Assembly: GCA_037927135.1 (NCBI GenBank)
Contig: JAXSPP010000001.1
Coordinates: forward strand, 224,001 to 288,000
DNA from: Candidatus Pampinifervens sinense
Lineage (GTDB): Bacteria > Aquificota > Aquificia > Aquificales > Aquificaceae
Reading direction: 5' to 3'
Length of the DNA stretch: 64,000 nucleotides
Shown here one piece after another: positions 52,666 through 62,011 of the stretch. A program made the translations under genes and the position numbers. How positions within the stretch are numbered: position 1 is the first letter of the stretch; each line of letters starts with the position of its first letter. A model generated the notes under the pieces. That model did not search any database. It had not been told where the DNA came from and worked only from the letters and a program-made list of their open reading frames with translations.

Positions 52666-53768
52666 ATGGCCACTGGCCTGTAAAAGGTGTCCCTCTCTAC
52701 CGGTATTTTGCCAGCGTCCCTTATAAGCTTTATAAGCCTCTCCTTTGTGTGGCCCAAGGCGGACTTTGCCCCCGCCGAATGGACTATCCTTTCCTCTTGG
52801 ATGGTTCCATCAAGGTCATCAGCACCCATGTTTAAGGCCACCTGCGCCACCCTTTCACCCAAGGTGACCCAATAGGCCTTTATGTGTTCAAAGTTATCAA
52901 GGAAGATCCTTGATATGGCTATGGTTTTGAGGTCATCCACAGAAGAGGTCCTCTTGCCACCAATCCTTGTGCCCTCAGGCCAGTAGGCCAAGGGTATAAA
53001 AACCTGAAAGCCCCCCGTCTCATCCTGCAGATCCCTTAGCCTTTCCATGTGTTCTACCCTCTCTTCGTAGGTCTCCAAGTGTCCATAAAGCATGGTAGCA
53101 TTGGTAGGAATGCCAAGCCTGTGGGCCGTTCTGTGCACCTCAAGGTATTCTTCTGCGTTGGCCTTGTAAGGTGCGATTATCTTCCTTACCCTCTCGGAGA
53201 AGATTTCCGCCCCACCACCAGGTATGGCATCAAGGCCAACGGCCTTTAGGTCCAGCAATACTTCTTCGTAGCTTTTACCAGATATCTTGCTCATATGGTG
53301 TATCTCTATGGCCGTCCAGGCCTTTACAACCATGTCTGGAAAGGCACTCTTTATTTCCCTTACCAAGTTTATATAATCCTCATACCTCCAATGGGGTGGT
53401 ATACCACCCACTATATGCACCTCCCTACCACCCATCTTATAAGTCTCTTCCACCTTTTTGAGCACTTCATCTAGGCTCATCTCATAGGCCCTTGGGTCCG
53501 ACTTTAGCACGCCAAAGCTGCAGAAGTTGCACTGGTATATGCATATGTTGGTGGGGTTTATCTGCCTGTTTACGATAAAGTAGGCAAACATGCCGTTCTT
53601 CTTCCTGTTTATGTATTCCGCTAGGGCTCCCACATAGGTAAGGTCCGCCTCGTAGAACAGCTTTACAGCCTCCTTGAAGCTTATTCTCCTTCCTTCTATT
53701 ACCTTCTCACCTATCTCCCTTAAACTCCTATCCCTTACCCTTTCCACAAGCTTCTCTACCTGAAGCAT
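52656..53768 (-). CDS. mqnE: Aminofutalosine synthase (radical SAM)
   Basis: NICIYQCNFCSF, HIVGG, PGGGAEIF, NATMLYGH, FLDNFEHIKAYW. Confidence 0.88.
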   Translation of the reverse strand: MLQVEKLVERVRDRSLREIGEKVIEGRRISFKEAVKLFYEADLTYVGALAEYINRKKNGMFAYFIVNRQINPTNICIYQCNFCSFGVLKSDPRAYEMSLDEVLKKVEETYKMGGREVHIVGGIPPHWRYEDYINLVREIKSAFPDMVVKAWTAIEIHHMSKISGKSYEEVLLDLKAVGLDAIPGGGAEIFSERVRKIIAPYKANAEEYLEVHRTAHRLGIPTNATMLYGHLETYEERVEHMERLRDLQDETGGFQVFIPLAYWPEGTRIGGKRTSSVDDLKTIAISRIFLDNFEHIKAYWVTLGERVAQVALNMGADDLDGTIQEERIVHSAGAKSALGHTKERLIKLIRDAGKIPVERDTFYRPVAIYP

Positions 53769-53777
53769 GTTTATATT

Positions 53778-55523
53778 TTATACCCTACTTAGCATCATCT
53801 TCCTTTTGTGCATTACAAACTCCCTCACACCCTTCACATCCCTTGTGTTTAGCACAAGCTCTGGCACAGCCCAGCCCCTTCTGGCAAGGCCCACGCCAAG
53901 CTCCATATAAGACAGATGCTTGGTAGAGTGGGCATCGGTAACAATGGCTATCATCACCCCCACTTCCATACACCTCCTTATGTTCTCTGGAGAGAGGTCC
54001 GCTCTGTAAGTGTTTAGCTCCAAGGCCGTGTTCGTTTCCTTTGCCATCTGTATTATCCTCTCCATATCCAAAGGATAGCCCTGCCTTGTGCCGTAGGCCT
54101 TTCCCGTAGGATGTCCTATGAGGTTTACAAAGGGGTTTTCCATGGCCTTTAGTATTCTGTAGGTGTTGTCCTGGTTAAACCTTGAGTGGATGGATGCTAC
54201 CACAAAGTCAAACTCCTCAAGCAGGCTGTCTGGCAAATCAAGGCTTCCGTCGGGCAGTATATCCACCTCACAACCCCTTAGTATATAAAAGCCCTTTGAA
54301 TTGTAGTATTGATTTAGCCTTTCAATAAGCTTAAACTGTTCTTTGTACCTTGCTGGGTCAAGGCCGTTGGCCACCCTAGCAGACTGGGAGTGGTCTCCTA
54401 TGACCATGTACTCATAGCCCAGCTGGTAGCAGGCCTCAGCCATCTCCTCCAAGGTGTTTAGGCCATCGCTCCAGTTGGAATGCATATGAAAGTCTCCCTT
54501 TATGTCCTTTAGCTCCACAAGCCTTGGCAGGGCCCTTTGCATGGCAAGCTCTATCTCCCCCGTGTTCTCCCTCAATTCTGGCGGTATCCACTCCATACCA
54601 AGAAGCTCATATATCTCCTCTTCCGTTGACCCCCCTATGCGCTCTTCCGTGTCCGCCTTAAAAAGACCATATTCACTCAGCTTTAGGCCCATGGCCTTGG
54701 CAATATCCCTTAGCCTCACGTTATGTTCCTTTGACCCTGTAAAGTATTGGAGTGCAGCCCCCCACTGGTGAGGTTCTACCGTCCTTAAATCCACCTGCCT
54801 TCCCTCTTGCAAGACCACGCTTGACTTGGTCTCACCGCTTAATAAAACCTCCTTGACGCCAGCATAAGTTATAAAGTGTTGGTGTAGCTTGGGCCAGTTT
54901 TCTCTCTTTGCTGAGATAAGTATGTCTATGTCTCCTATGGTTTCCTTCCTCCTCCTTAGGCTTCCGGCCAGCTCTATGTTCTCATAAAGGCCCTTTAGGG
55001 CCTCAAAGTGTTTGAGGATGGACCTTCCTATCTCATAAGCCTCCAAAAGGGTCATCCTTTCCTTGCTCTTCTCCCAAAGCTCAAGGCCTCTTAGGATGTT
55101 CTGAATCTTCTTCTCTCCCATTCCAGGCAAAAAGGCAAGCTTACCGCTCTTTACGGCATTTATAAAGTCCTCCTTTGTCCTCACCTTTAGCCTGTCATAA
55201 GCAAGCTTTAGGGTCTTTACGCCTATGCCTGGCACTTCAAGGAGTTCTAAGAGGTCCTCTGGCACCTTTTGTTTTAGCTCCTCATAGGCGCTCACCTTTC
55301 CGGTCCTTAGGTATTCCAATATCTTCTCTATGCTGGATTGGCCTATGCCATGTATATGGTATATCTTTCCTGTGCGCACAAGCTCTTCCACATCCTCTCC
55401 CAATTCTGATAATACTTCGGCCACCCTCCTGTAGGTGTTTATGCGGTAGGGGTTGTCGCCGAGGAACTCAAGCATATCTGCCATCCTCTCAAAGATACGG
55501 GCAAGCTCCTTGTTCTTCTCCAT
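53778..55523 (-). CDS. polX: DNA polymerase X / PHP exonuclease
   Basis: AGSLRRRKETIGDIDIL, YFTGSKEHN, DFHMHSNWSDG, TDAH. Confidence 0.95.
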   Translation of the reverse strand: MEKNKELARIFERMADMLEFLGDNPYRINTYRRVAEVLSELGEDVEELVRTGKIYHIHGIGQSSIEKILEYLRTGKVSAYEELKQKVPEDLLELLEVPGIGVKTLKLAYDRLKVRTKEDFINAVKSGKLAFLPGMGEKKIQNILRGLELWEKSKERMTLLEAYEIGRSILKHFEALKGLYENIELAGSLRRRKETIGDIDILISAKRENWPKLHQHFITYAGVKEVLLSGETKSSVVLQEGRQVDLRTVEPHQWGAALQYFTGSKEHNVRLRDIAKAMGLKLSEYGLFKADTEERIGGSTEEEIYELLGMEWIPPELRENTGEIELAMQRALPRLVELKDIKGDFHMHSNWSDGLNTLEEMAEACYQLGYEYMVIGDHSQSARVANGLDPARYKEQFKLIERLNQYYNSKGFYILRGCEVDILPDGSLDLPDSLLEEFDFVVASIHSRFNQDNTYRILKAMENPFVNLIGHPTGKAYGTRQGYPLDMERIIQMAKETNTALELNTYRADLSPENIRRCMEVGVMIAIVTDAHSTKHLSYMELGVGLARRGWAVPELVLNTRDVKGVREFVMHKRKMMLSRV

Positions 55524-55539
55524 AGAGTAAAATTTAGGT

Positions 55540-56361
55540 ATGGACCTTCTTTCTTACAGCCTATTTTTGGAAGGCTTCCTCTCTGCCTTTTTTATAGCCC
55601 TTTCCACAGCCCTCATTGGCCTTTTCCTTCTTATAAAAAGGCTTGCCATGCTTGGTGCAGGACTCTCTCACGCCGCCTTTGGTGGCATAGCTCTTGCCTT
55701 AGTTTTAAACATAGACCCAATGATATTTACCCTCTTTTACACAGTAGTGCTTGGCCTTTTAGTTCAGTTTTTGGTAGATAAAAAGTCCTTGCCTGCGGAC
55801 ACGGTTGTGGCCCTCTTTTTCTCCTTGGGTGTGGCCCTTGCCATAATCATACTAGGCATAACAGACAACCTTGGCACCAACGTCTTTTCTTACCTCTTTG
55901 GAAGCATGCTAACTGCTTCAAAGACAGACCTTATAATATCCTTTACCATCTTCCTTATAACCCTCTCCTTTATCCTTTTAAACTACAGGGGCCTTCTCTT
56001 TGTGTGTTTTAACGAAGAACTGGGTAAGCTAAGGGGCATAAGGGTAAAGGCTTTAAACTATGCCCTAATTGCCTTAGCTTCTGCCAACATAGTCCTCTCC
56101 ATAAAGGCTGTAGGCCTTGTGCTTTCGGCCAGCTTTATATCCATCCCAGCCATGACCTCCCTTATGGTCTCTAGCTCCTTCCTTCAAAGCCTTCTGTTTT
56201 CTGCTGGCTTTTCCTTTATTTCTCTCTTCTTTGGCATAGCCCTTTCCCTCCTTTTTGACCTTCCTCCCAGCGGTGCGGTGGTGGTCTGCATGGTTATAAT
56301 CTTCCTTACAACAGCCTTCAGTAAGATGGTGTTTAAAGGGCTTCAGAGGCTTTTAAGCTAA
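55540..56361 (+). CDS. Metal (Zn/Mn) ABC transporter permease, ZnuB family
   Basis: GLSHAAFGG, YLFGS, VGLVL, DLPPSGAVV. Confidence 0.9.
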   Translation: MDLLSYSLFLEGFLSAFFIALSTALIGLFLLIKRLAMLGAGLSHAAFGGIALALVLNIDPMIFTLFYTVVLGLLVQFLVDKKSLPADTVVALFFSLGVALAIIILGITDNLGTNVFSYLFGSMLTASKTDLIISFTIFLITLSFILLNYRGLLFVCFNEELGKLRGIRVKALNYALIALASANIVLSIKAVGLVLSASFISIPAMTSLMVSSSFLQSLLFSAGFSFISLFFGIALSLLFDLPPSGAVVVCMVIIFLTTAFSKMVFKGLQRLLS

Positions 56362-57241
56362 GCTTTTCCTTGAGCCTACATATGGAGCAAACCTCAGCGC
56401 TTGTAGGCTCACCGCATATCTTACAGGGTCTTAGCTGGGCCTTCCTTGATTGAAGTAGTGGATGTATCTTCCTCAAAAAGTCCATGTAGAACCTTAGCTT
56501 TGTGCCCGGGCTTTTCTCCTCTATCTCAGATAGTATCTTCTTGTACTCAATGGAGCTGGCACCTTCGGAAAAAGGACATTCCTCTTCCACAAACTCAATA
56601 CCGGACAGAAAGGCATAAAGGGCATTCTCCTTCTCTGTAAACTTAAACAGGGGCTTTACCTTACGCACAAAGCCTTCCTCCTCCCAAAGGACGGGGAACT
56701 GCCTTGAGAGGTAGTCCATATTCCAACTTAGCACGTTGGAAAGGAGAGTGGCGCTCTCATCGTCCAGGTTGTGCCCTGTGGCCACCACCCTATAGCCCTC
56801 CCTTTTGGCCACATGGTTCATATAATACCTCTTTATCTGACCACAGAAAGAACAAGCTGGCCTGCTTTCCCTCTCCTTTATCTCCGGTATGGTAGCTATC
56901 TCCTTGCCTAGCTCAACCACATGAAGCTTTAAGGACCTCTCTTTGGCAAACCTTTCACACACCTCCCTTGAACGCCTTGAATAGTCCCCTATACCAAGGT
57001 CTATATAAAGGCCATCGGCCTCGTAGCCAAGCCTGCACAAGGCATCCCACAGGGAAAGGCTGTCCTTTCCACCAGAGACGGCCACAAGCACCCTCTCCCC
57101 CTTCCTTATCATCCTAAACTCCCTTATGGTCTCCTTTACCCTCTTTAAATACCACTCAAGGTAATGCTCCTTGCAAAAAGCTATCCTGTATTGCCTCAGG
57201 TATACTACCGCCTTCTGGCCACACTTATAGCACCTTCTCAT
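56333..57241 (-). CDS. ttuA: tRNA 2-thiouridine synthetase TtuA (TIGR00269)
   Basis: N-terminal CYKC..C..H, SGGKDS, CSFC, TGHNLDD, C-terminal CKIC...CSIC. Confidence 0.88.
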   Translation of the reverse strand: MRRCYKCGQKAVVYLRQYRIAFCKEHYLEWYLKRVKETIREFRMIRKGERVLVAVSGGKDSLSLWDALCRLGYEADGLYIDLGIGDYSRRSREVCERFAKERSLKLHVVELGKEIATIPEIKERESRPACSFCGQIKRYYMNHVAKREGYRVVATGHNLDDESATLLSNVLSWNMDYLSRQFPVLWEEEGFVRKVKPLFKFTEKENALYAFLSGIEFVEEECPFSEGASSIEYKKILSEIEEKSPGTKLRFYMDFLRKIHPLLQSRKAQLRPCKICGEPTSAEVCSICRLKEKLSLKASEAL

Positions 57242-57257
57242 AGATATTAAAGATACT

Positions 57258-57983
57258 TCAGAGGCCAAAGATCACCTGCTTTCCACCTTGCACCTTCAAG
57301 GGTGTGGTATGCCTCAAAAGGTTTATGGAAAACTCCAGATTATCATAAAGGGTTATAGAATAGTTGTCCCAGAAGACGCAAGTGCCAGCCAGGCAGAAGT
57401 AGCCTCCGCTTGTGGGTGCCAGCTGTTCCGCTATCAAAAGGGTGTAGTTGCCCATGTTGGACTGGGCTGTGTCTTCAGCCCTTACCACCACCTTTATATC
57501 GGGCATGAGGGGCTTTATGGAGGCACTGCATGCAAGCATTATACGGTTTACATTCACCTCATTCTTCTCATTCTTGTTATACCTTCTTATCTTTGAAGTG
57601 ACCACAAAGTACTTGTCCCCTTGGTGGTTGTTTACCTCATCGGTCACCTCGTCGGGGTTTAGCTCCATGCCAAACCTTCTTGCAAGGCTGTTGCATGTGT
57701 CCGCTATGTGATCCTCATTCTTATAGTATCCCAAAAGGATCACCTTTTTGCCTTCTTCCCAAACCCACTTTTCTACTTCCTCCGCCTCCTTTTCACTAAA
57801 AGGCACCTCTGGATAGTTAAAGACTATAGTGTCATACTCTGGAAGCTTTTCCCACTTGTCCACCTCATGTATTATGAGGCCTCTCTTTTCTGCCTCCCTT
57901 TGGAGGATGGAAAAGTAGTAGTAGTCCGTTATGGTAAACTCTTGGTGTGTTATGCTCCAAGCCACTCTTGTTTGTCTGAGCAT
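57258..57983 (-). CDS. Hypothetical protein (possible GldG/DUF4350-like alpha/beta fold)
   Basis: 241-aa ORF, host-like codons, TGgTATAAT 6 nt upstream; fold guess is weak. Confidence 0.65.
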   Translation of the reverse strand: MLRQTRVAWSITHQEFTITDYYYFSILQREAEKRGLIIHEVDKWEKLPEYDTIVFNYPEVPFSEKEAEEVEKWVWEEGKKVILLGYYKNEDHIADTCNSLARRFGMELNPDEVTDEVNNHQGDKYFVVTSKIRRYNKNEKNEVNVNRIMLACSASIKPLMPDIKVVVRAEDTAQSNMGNYTLLIAEQLAPTSGGYFCLAGTCVFWDNYSITLYDNLEFSINLLRHTTPLKVQGGKQVIFGL

Positions 57984-57990
57984 AGCTTAA

Positions 57991-59961
57991 TTATACCACA
58001 GGCTTTAAAAAGGCTGTGTGTATGCTCTTTTTGCCCGATGGGAACTCCACAAGAGCCTTTGAATCCTCAAGGCTTAGAATGAGGCCCTCTCCAAAGACCT
58101 CATGCCACACCCTATCACCCACCTTGAACCTATGAAGGCTTTTTAGCTCTGGCATGTAGGTGGTCTTCTTCTTTACAAAGGCCGAAAGGTCAAGGAGGTT
58201 TTTGGGTATGTAAGATAGGAACCTGCTGGGCTTTGAATCCCTTGTGTAGCTCATAAAGAGTAGGTCCTTTGCCCTCGTTATGGCCACATAGAAAAGCCTT
58301 AGCTCCTCCTCAAGCTCCTCCTCGCTCTCCAAGGCCTTCTCATGGGGCAGTATGCCCTCTTCTAGCCTTGGAAGGAAGACCACATCAAACTCCAAGCCCT
58401 TGCTGGCATGTATGGTCATTATCCTCACCGCTCCCTCTTCCTCCTCCTGCTCCAAAAGAAAGTCTATCTCTTTGAAGACCTCCTCCAAGCTATAGCCCTC
58501 CTCTCTTTTCTGCCTTAAATACCTTATTAGCTCCCTCACATTCTCCTTTCTTTCCTCGCTGTCCTTGTATTCCTCCTCCAGGTAGGACCAAAAGCCTACC
58601 CTTTCAAGGAACTCTTCAAAGGATTTTGCATAGTCCTCAAGGCCCTTCTTCAAAAGGGATAGGTTTTTCAAAAGGCCATAGAGCTCTATGGCCTTACTTT
58701 GAGGAAGTTCTTTTAAGGCAAGCCTTGAGCCCTCCAAACAGTTGCCCTTGCCAAGCTCCACTATAAGCTCTAAGCTCTTTTCCCCTATACCCCTTGTGGC
58801 CACCCTTACAGCCCTCTCAAAGCTAAACCTATCGTAAGGGTTTACAAGAAGCTTTAAAAAACTCAAGGCATCCTTTATCTCAGCCCTTTCAAAGAACCTT
58901 ATGGCACCCACCACCTTATAGGGTATCTTAAAGCTATAAAGGGCCCTCTCAATAGCCTCCGTAATGTAGCCCACCCTAACAAGGATGGCTATCTGGGAGT
59001 GTTTGTAGTGGTTTAAAAGCTCTTTTACCTTTGAGGCTATCCATAGGGCTTCTTCTTCTGGTTTTTCAAACCTTCTTACCACAGGCCTCTCTTCCCCCTG
59101 CCTTATGGGCCTAAGGGTTGGCACAAGATCCTTCCATTGGGCCTTGGAAGCCTGAAGTATGGAATTGGCCACATACAGTATGTAGGGCTTTGAACGGTAG
59201 TTATACTCCAGCTTTATCACATCTGGGTTAAAGTCCTCCATAAAGCGCAGAATGTTGTCCGGCCTTGCATACCTCCACTCATAGATACACTGGTTTGGGT
59301 CCCCTATCACGCATACATTCTTGTCCGCAATGAGCCTTAGGACCTCATACTGCACCGTGTTCGTATCCTGAAATTCATCCACTAAAACAAAGTCAAAGTC
59401 TTCCCTTATGCTCGGCCTTAACTTCAAGAGTTTTAGAAGGTAGAGCATGATAAGGCTAAAATCAAGAAGGTTCATCTCCTTTGCAATGGTCAAATACTCT
59501 TTGAAGGCCATCTCAAGCCTCTCACTTCCCCCCGGCTCCTTTAGGTCCTCTATCCTGCGCAAAATGTAGGCCTTTAGGTCCTCCGGGTTTAGGTTTTTTA
59601 GCTGGGCTATCTTTTTGATAAGCTTGTTCCTGTCCTCTTCTGAGAGTAAAGTAAAGTCAGGCCTTAGCCCTATTTCCCTTCCCCTCTCCTTCAAAAGCCT
59701 TAGAGCTACAGAGTGAAAGGTGCCAGCCCAAGGAAGCTCCACTCCAGTCACCTTTTTCACCCTTTCCCTTATCTCCCTGCTTGCTTTGTTGGTAAAGGTG
59801 ATGGCCAAGATCCTTGAAGGGTCTATGGCCTTTTCCCTTATGAGAAACTCCACCTTGTGGGCCAAGGTCTTGGTCTTTCCAGAGCCAGCACCCGCTATAA
59901 CAAGAAGGGGCCTTCCAAAGTGTCTTACCGCCTCCTCCTGAGATGGGTTTAGCCTCTCCAT
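57991..59961 (-). CDS. uvrD: UvrD/PcrA family helicase
   Basis: AGAGSGKT, TFTNKA, VDEFQDTN, GDPNQCIY, NYRS, TIHASKGLEF, YVAITRAK. Confidence 0.93.
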   Translation of the reverse strand: MERLNPSQEEAVRHFGRPLLVIAGAGSGKTKTLAHKVEFLIREKAIDPSRILAITFTNKASREIRERVKKVTGVELPWAGTFHSVALRLLKERGREIGLRPDFTLLSEEDRNKLIKKIAQLKNLNPEDLKAYILRRIEDLKEPGGSERLEMAFKEYLTIAKEMNLLDFSLIMLYLLKLLKLRPSIREDFDFVLVDEFQDTNTVQYEVLRLIADKNVCVIGDPNQCIYEWRYARPDNILRFMEDFNPDVIKLEYNYRSKPYILYVANSILQASKAQWKDLVPTLRPIRQGEERPVVRRFEKPEEEALWIASKVKELLNHYKHSQIAILVRVGYITEAIERALYSFKIPYKVVGAIRFFERAEIKDALSFLKLLVNPYDRFSFERAVRVATRGIGEKSLELIVELGKGNCLEGSRLALKELPQSKAIELYGLLKNLSLLKKGLEDYAKSFEEFLERVGFWSYLEEEYKDSEERKENVRELIRYLRQKREEGYSLEEVFKEIDFLLEQEEEEGAVRIMTIHASKGLEFDVVFLPRLEEGILPHEKALESEEELEEELRLFYVAITRAKDLLFMSYTRDSKPSRFLSYIPKNLLDLSAFVKKKTTYMPELKSLHRFKVGDRVWHEVFGEGLILSLEDSKALVEFPSGKKSIHTAFLKPVV

Positions 59962-59987
59962 GGAAGGTTTAAAAATATGCTACCACA

Positions 59988-60011
59988 AGTTTATGTAAGC
60001 AAGCATAAACT
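59988..60011. promoter_or_regulatory. Putative TetR operator (8-8-8 inverted repeat)
   Basis: AGTTTATG-taagcaag-CATAAACT, abutting TGaTATAAT (60011-60019). Confidence 0.6.
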
Positions 60012-60026
60012 GATATAATATTCACC

Positions 60027-60581
60027 ATGCGACGCAAAGGAACAAAGGAGAAGATATTAGAGGCTTCCCTTAGGCTCTTTTCTGAAAAGGGAATAAGGGA
60101 GACCACCATTAAAGACATAGCCAAGGAGGTGGGCATAACAGAGGGAGCCATATACAGGCATTTCAAAAGCAAAGAGGAGATAGTGCTGGGGCTTTTTGGG
60201 TCCTACTCTGAAGAGCTTTATAATAGGCTAATCTCTGTAGTCAAGGAGGAAGCACCTTATAAGGAACGCTTTTACAAAGCTGTAGAGACCTTTCTCTCCT
60301 TTGCCTTTGAAAACCCTTCCGCCTTTAGATATCTAAACATCTTCCACTACCTTAGGGCTGAGGATATAAAAGGCTTTGAAAGGCTTCCAAAGGATGCCCT
60401 GCTTGAACTCATTGAAAGGGGCATAGAGGAAGGCCTCATAAAAATAAGAAAAGAGTATGCCCTTGCGGTCTTTGTGGGAACCTTAGAAAGGATCTTCCTT
60501 TTGGTGGAGGCGGGAGTATTAGGAAGAGAAGAAGTAAAAGGAGAGGAGATAGCCAACATAATATGGAAGGCCTTAGTATGA
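60027..60581 (+). CDS. TetR/AcrR family regulator
   Basis: ILEASLRLFSEKG...TTIKDIAKEVGITEGAIYRHFKSKEE. Confidence 0.95.
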   Translation: MRRKGTKEKILEASLRLFSEKGIRETTIKDIAKEVGITEGAIYRHFKSKEEIVLGLFGSYSEELYNRLISVVKEEAPYKERFYKAVETFLSFAFENPSAFRYLNIFHYLRAEDIKGFERLPKDALLELIERGIEEGLIKIRKEYALAVFVGTLERIFLLVEAGVLGREEVKGEEIANIIWKALV

Positions 60582-60583
60582 GG

Positions 60584-60662
60584 ACCCCGCACCCGAGACG
60601 GCGGGCCTACCGTTGCTCCCTTTCGGGCCTGGCGGGGTTCAACCCTGTCCCGTTGCGGGGCT
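60584..60662 (-). ncRNA. ffs: Signal recognition particle RNA (small type)
   Basis: Minus strand contains CCAGGCCCGAAAGGGAGCAAC helix-8 motif with GAAA tetraloop; terminal stem GCCCCGCA/TGCGGGGT; TATAAT 7 nt upstream. Confidence 0.93.
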
Positions 60663-61982
60663 ATTTATAATTATATCCTCATTGGCCTCCTTTGACCACT
60701 CTTGCATGGCCCTTAGGGCCCTCTCTGCCAAAAGCTTTTTCCTCTCTTGCTTGTCCTTTACCTTTACATCCAAAGGTGGCAAAAGGCCAAGCACTGGGGA
60801 CATGGGCTGAAGCGTTCCTTCTTTTGTGGTTATATACTTCACCAAAGCTCCAAGCATGGTTTCCTCTGGAGCCATAAGTAGCTTCTTTCCCTTTATAAGC
60901 CTTCCTGCGTTTATGCCAGCCAATATGCCCGTGGCTGCGGAGGCCACATAGCCTTCCACGCCCGTTATCTGCCCAGCAAAGAAGATGTTTTCATACTTTC
61001 TCATGTTCAAAAAGGGCGTTAGCACCCTGTTGGACTGTATGAAAGTATTCCTATGCATGGAGCCAAGCTTTACAAAGACAGCATTCCTCAAGCAGGGTAT
61101 TAGCCTTAGGACCCTCTTTTGCTCCGAGTAGGTCATCCTGGTCTGAAAGCCCACCAAGGAAAGAAGAGTTCCTTCCTTGTTTTCCTTTCTTAGCTGGACC
61201 ACCGCAAAGGGTTGTTTTCCAGTCCTTGGGTCCACAAGGCCCACGGGCTTCATAGGCCCAAAGAGCAAGGTCTTATAGCCCCTTTCGGCCATCTCCTCTA
61301 TGGGCATACAGCCCTCAAAACAAACAAGGTTTTCAAATTCCTTTGGCTTTATCTTCTCAGCCTTCAAAAGCTCCTCATAAAAGACCCTATACTCCTCCTC
61401 TGTAAGCACGCAGTTAAAGTAATCATCCCCACCCTTCCCATAACGGGAAGCCCAAAAGCCCTTTGAAAAGTCCACGCTGTCGGCCTCCACTATGGGAGCT
61501 ATGGCATCGTAAAAGTAAAGGTAATCAAAGCCTACCAGCTCCTTTATGTCTTCCGCCAGAGCTTCGGAGGTAAGGGGCCCAGAGGCCACTATCACCACCC
61601 TATCCCTTGGAACCTTCTTTACCTCTTCCCTTACAAGCCTTATGTTGGGATGATCTTGTATCTTCTTTGTTATATAATCGGAAAAGATTTCTCTGTCCAC
61701 CGCCAAGGCAGTGCCCGCAGGCACATAGGCATACCTGCCAGCGGAGACCACAAGAGAATCAAGCATCTCCATCTCAGCCTTAAGAAGCCCTGCACCGGAA
61801 GTGATTTCCATACTACCAAGGGTGTTGCTACATACAAGCTCGGCAAGCTTATCCGTCCTGTGAGCTGGCGTGGGCCTTTGAGGCCTCATCTCATAAAGAA
61901 GCACCCTTATGCCCATGTTGGCCAGCCTGTAGCTGGCCTCCACACCCGCCAAACCACCACCTATTACAATCACCTCTTCCAT
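60639..61982 (-). CDS. trmFO: tRNA (uracil-54) methyltransferase TrmFO
   Basis: GGGLAGVEA, AELVCSN, FYDAIAP, FEGCMPIE, GPMKPVGL, HRNTFI, AGQITGVEGY. Confidence 0.96.
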   Translation of the reverse strand: MEEVIVIGGGLAGVEASYRLANMGIRVLLYEMRPQRPTPAHRTDKLAELVCSNTLGSMEITSGAGLLKAEMEMLDSLVVSAGRYAYVPAGTALAVDREIFSDYITKKIQDHPNIRLVREEVKKVPRDRVVIVASGPLTSEALAEDIKELVGFDYLYFYDAIAPIVEADSVDFSKGFWASRYGKGGDDYFNCVLTEEEYRVFYEELLKAEKIKPKEFENLVCFEGCMPIEEMAERGYKTLLFGPMKPVGLVDPRTGKQPFAVVQLRKENKEGTLLSLVGFQTRMTYSEQKRVLRLIPCLRNAVFVKLGSMHRNTFIQSNRVLTPFLNMRKYENIFFAGQITGVEGYVASAATGILAGINAGRLIKGKKLLMAPEETMLGALVKYITTKEGTLQPMSPVLGLLPPLDVKVKDKQERKKLLAERALRAMQEWSKEANEDIIINSPATGQG

Positions 61983-62011
61983 AAGCTTTATTTTATAATA
62001 ATACGCTGGGG

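Noticed and set aside
29621-59961. dprA, nfi, rnhC, polX and uvrD as a DNA-repair system
   Set aside because: Scattered, not co-transcribed, and all ordinary core genes
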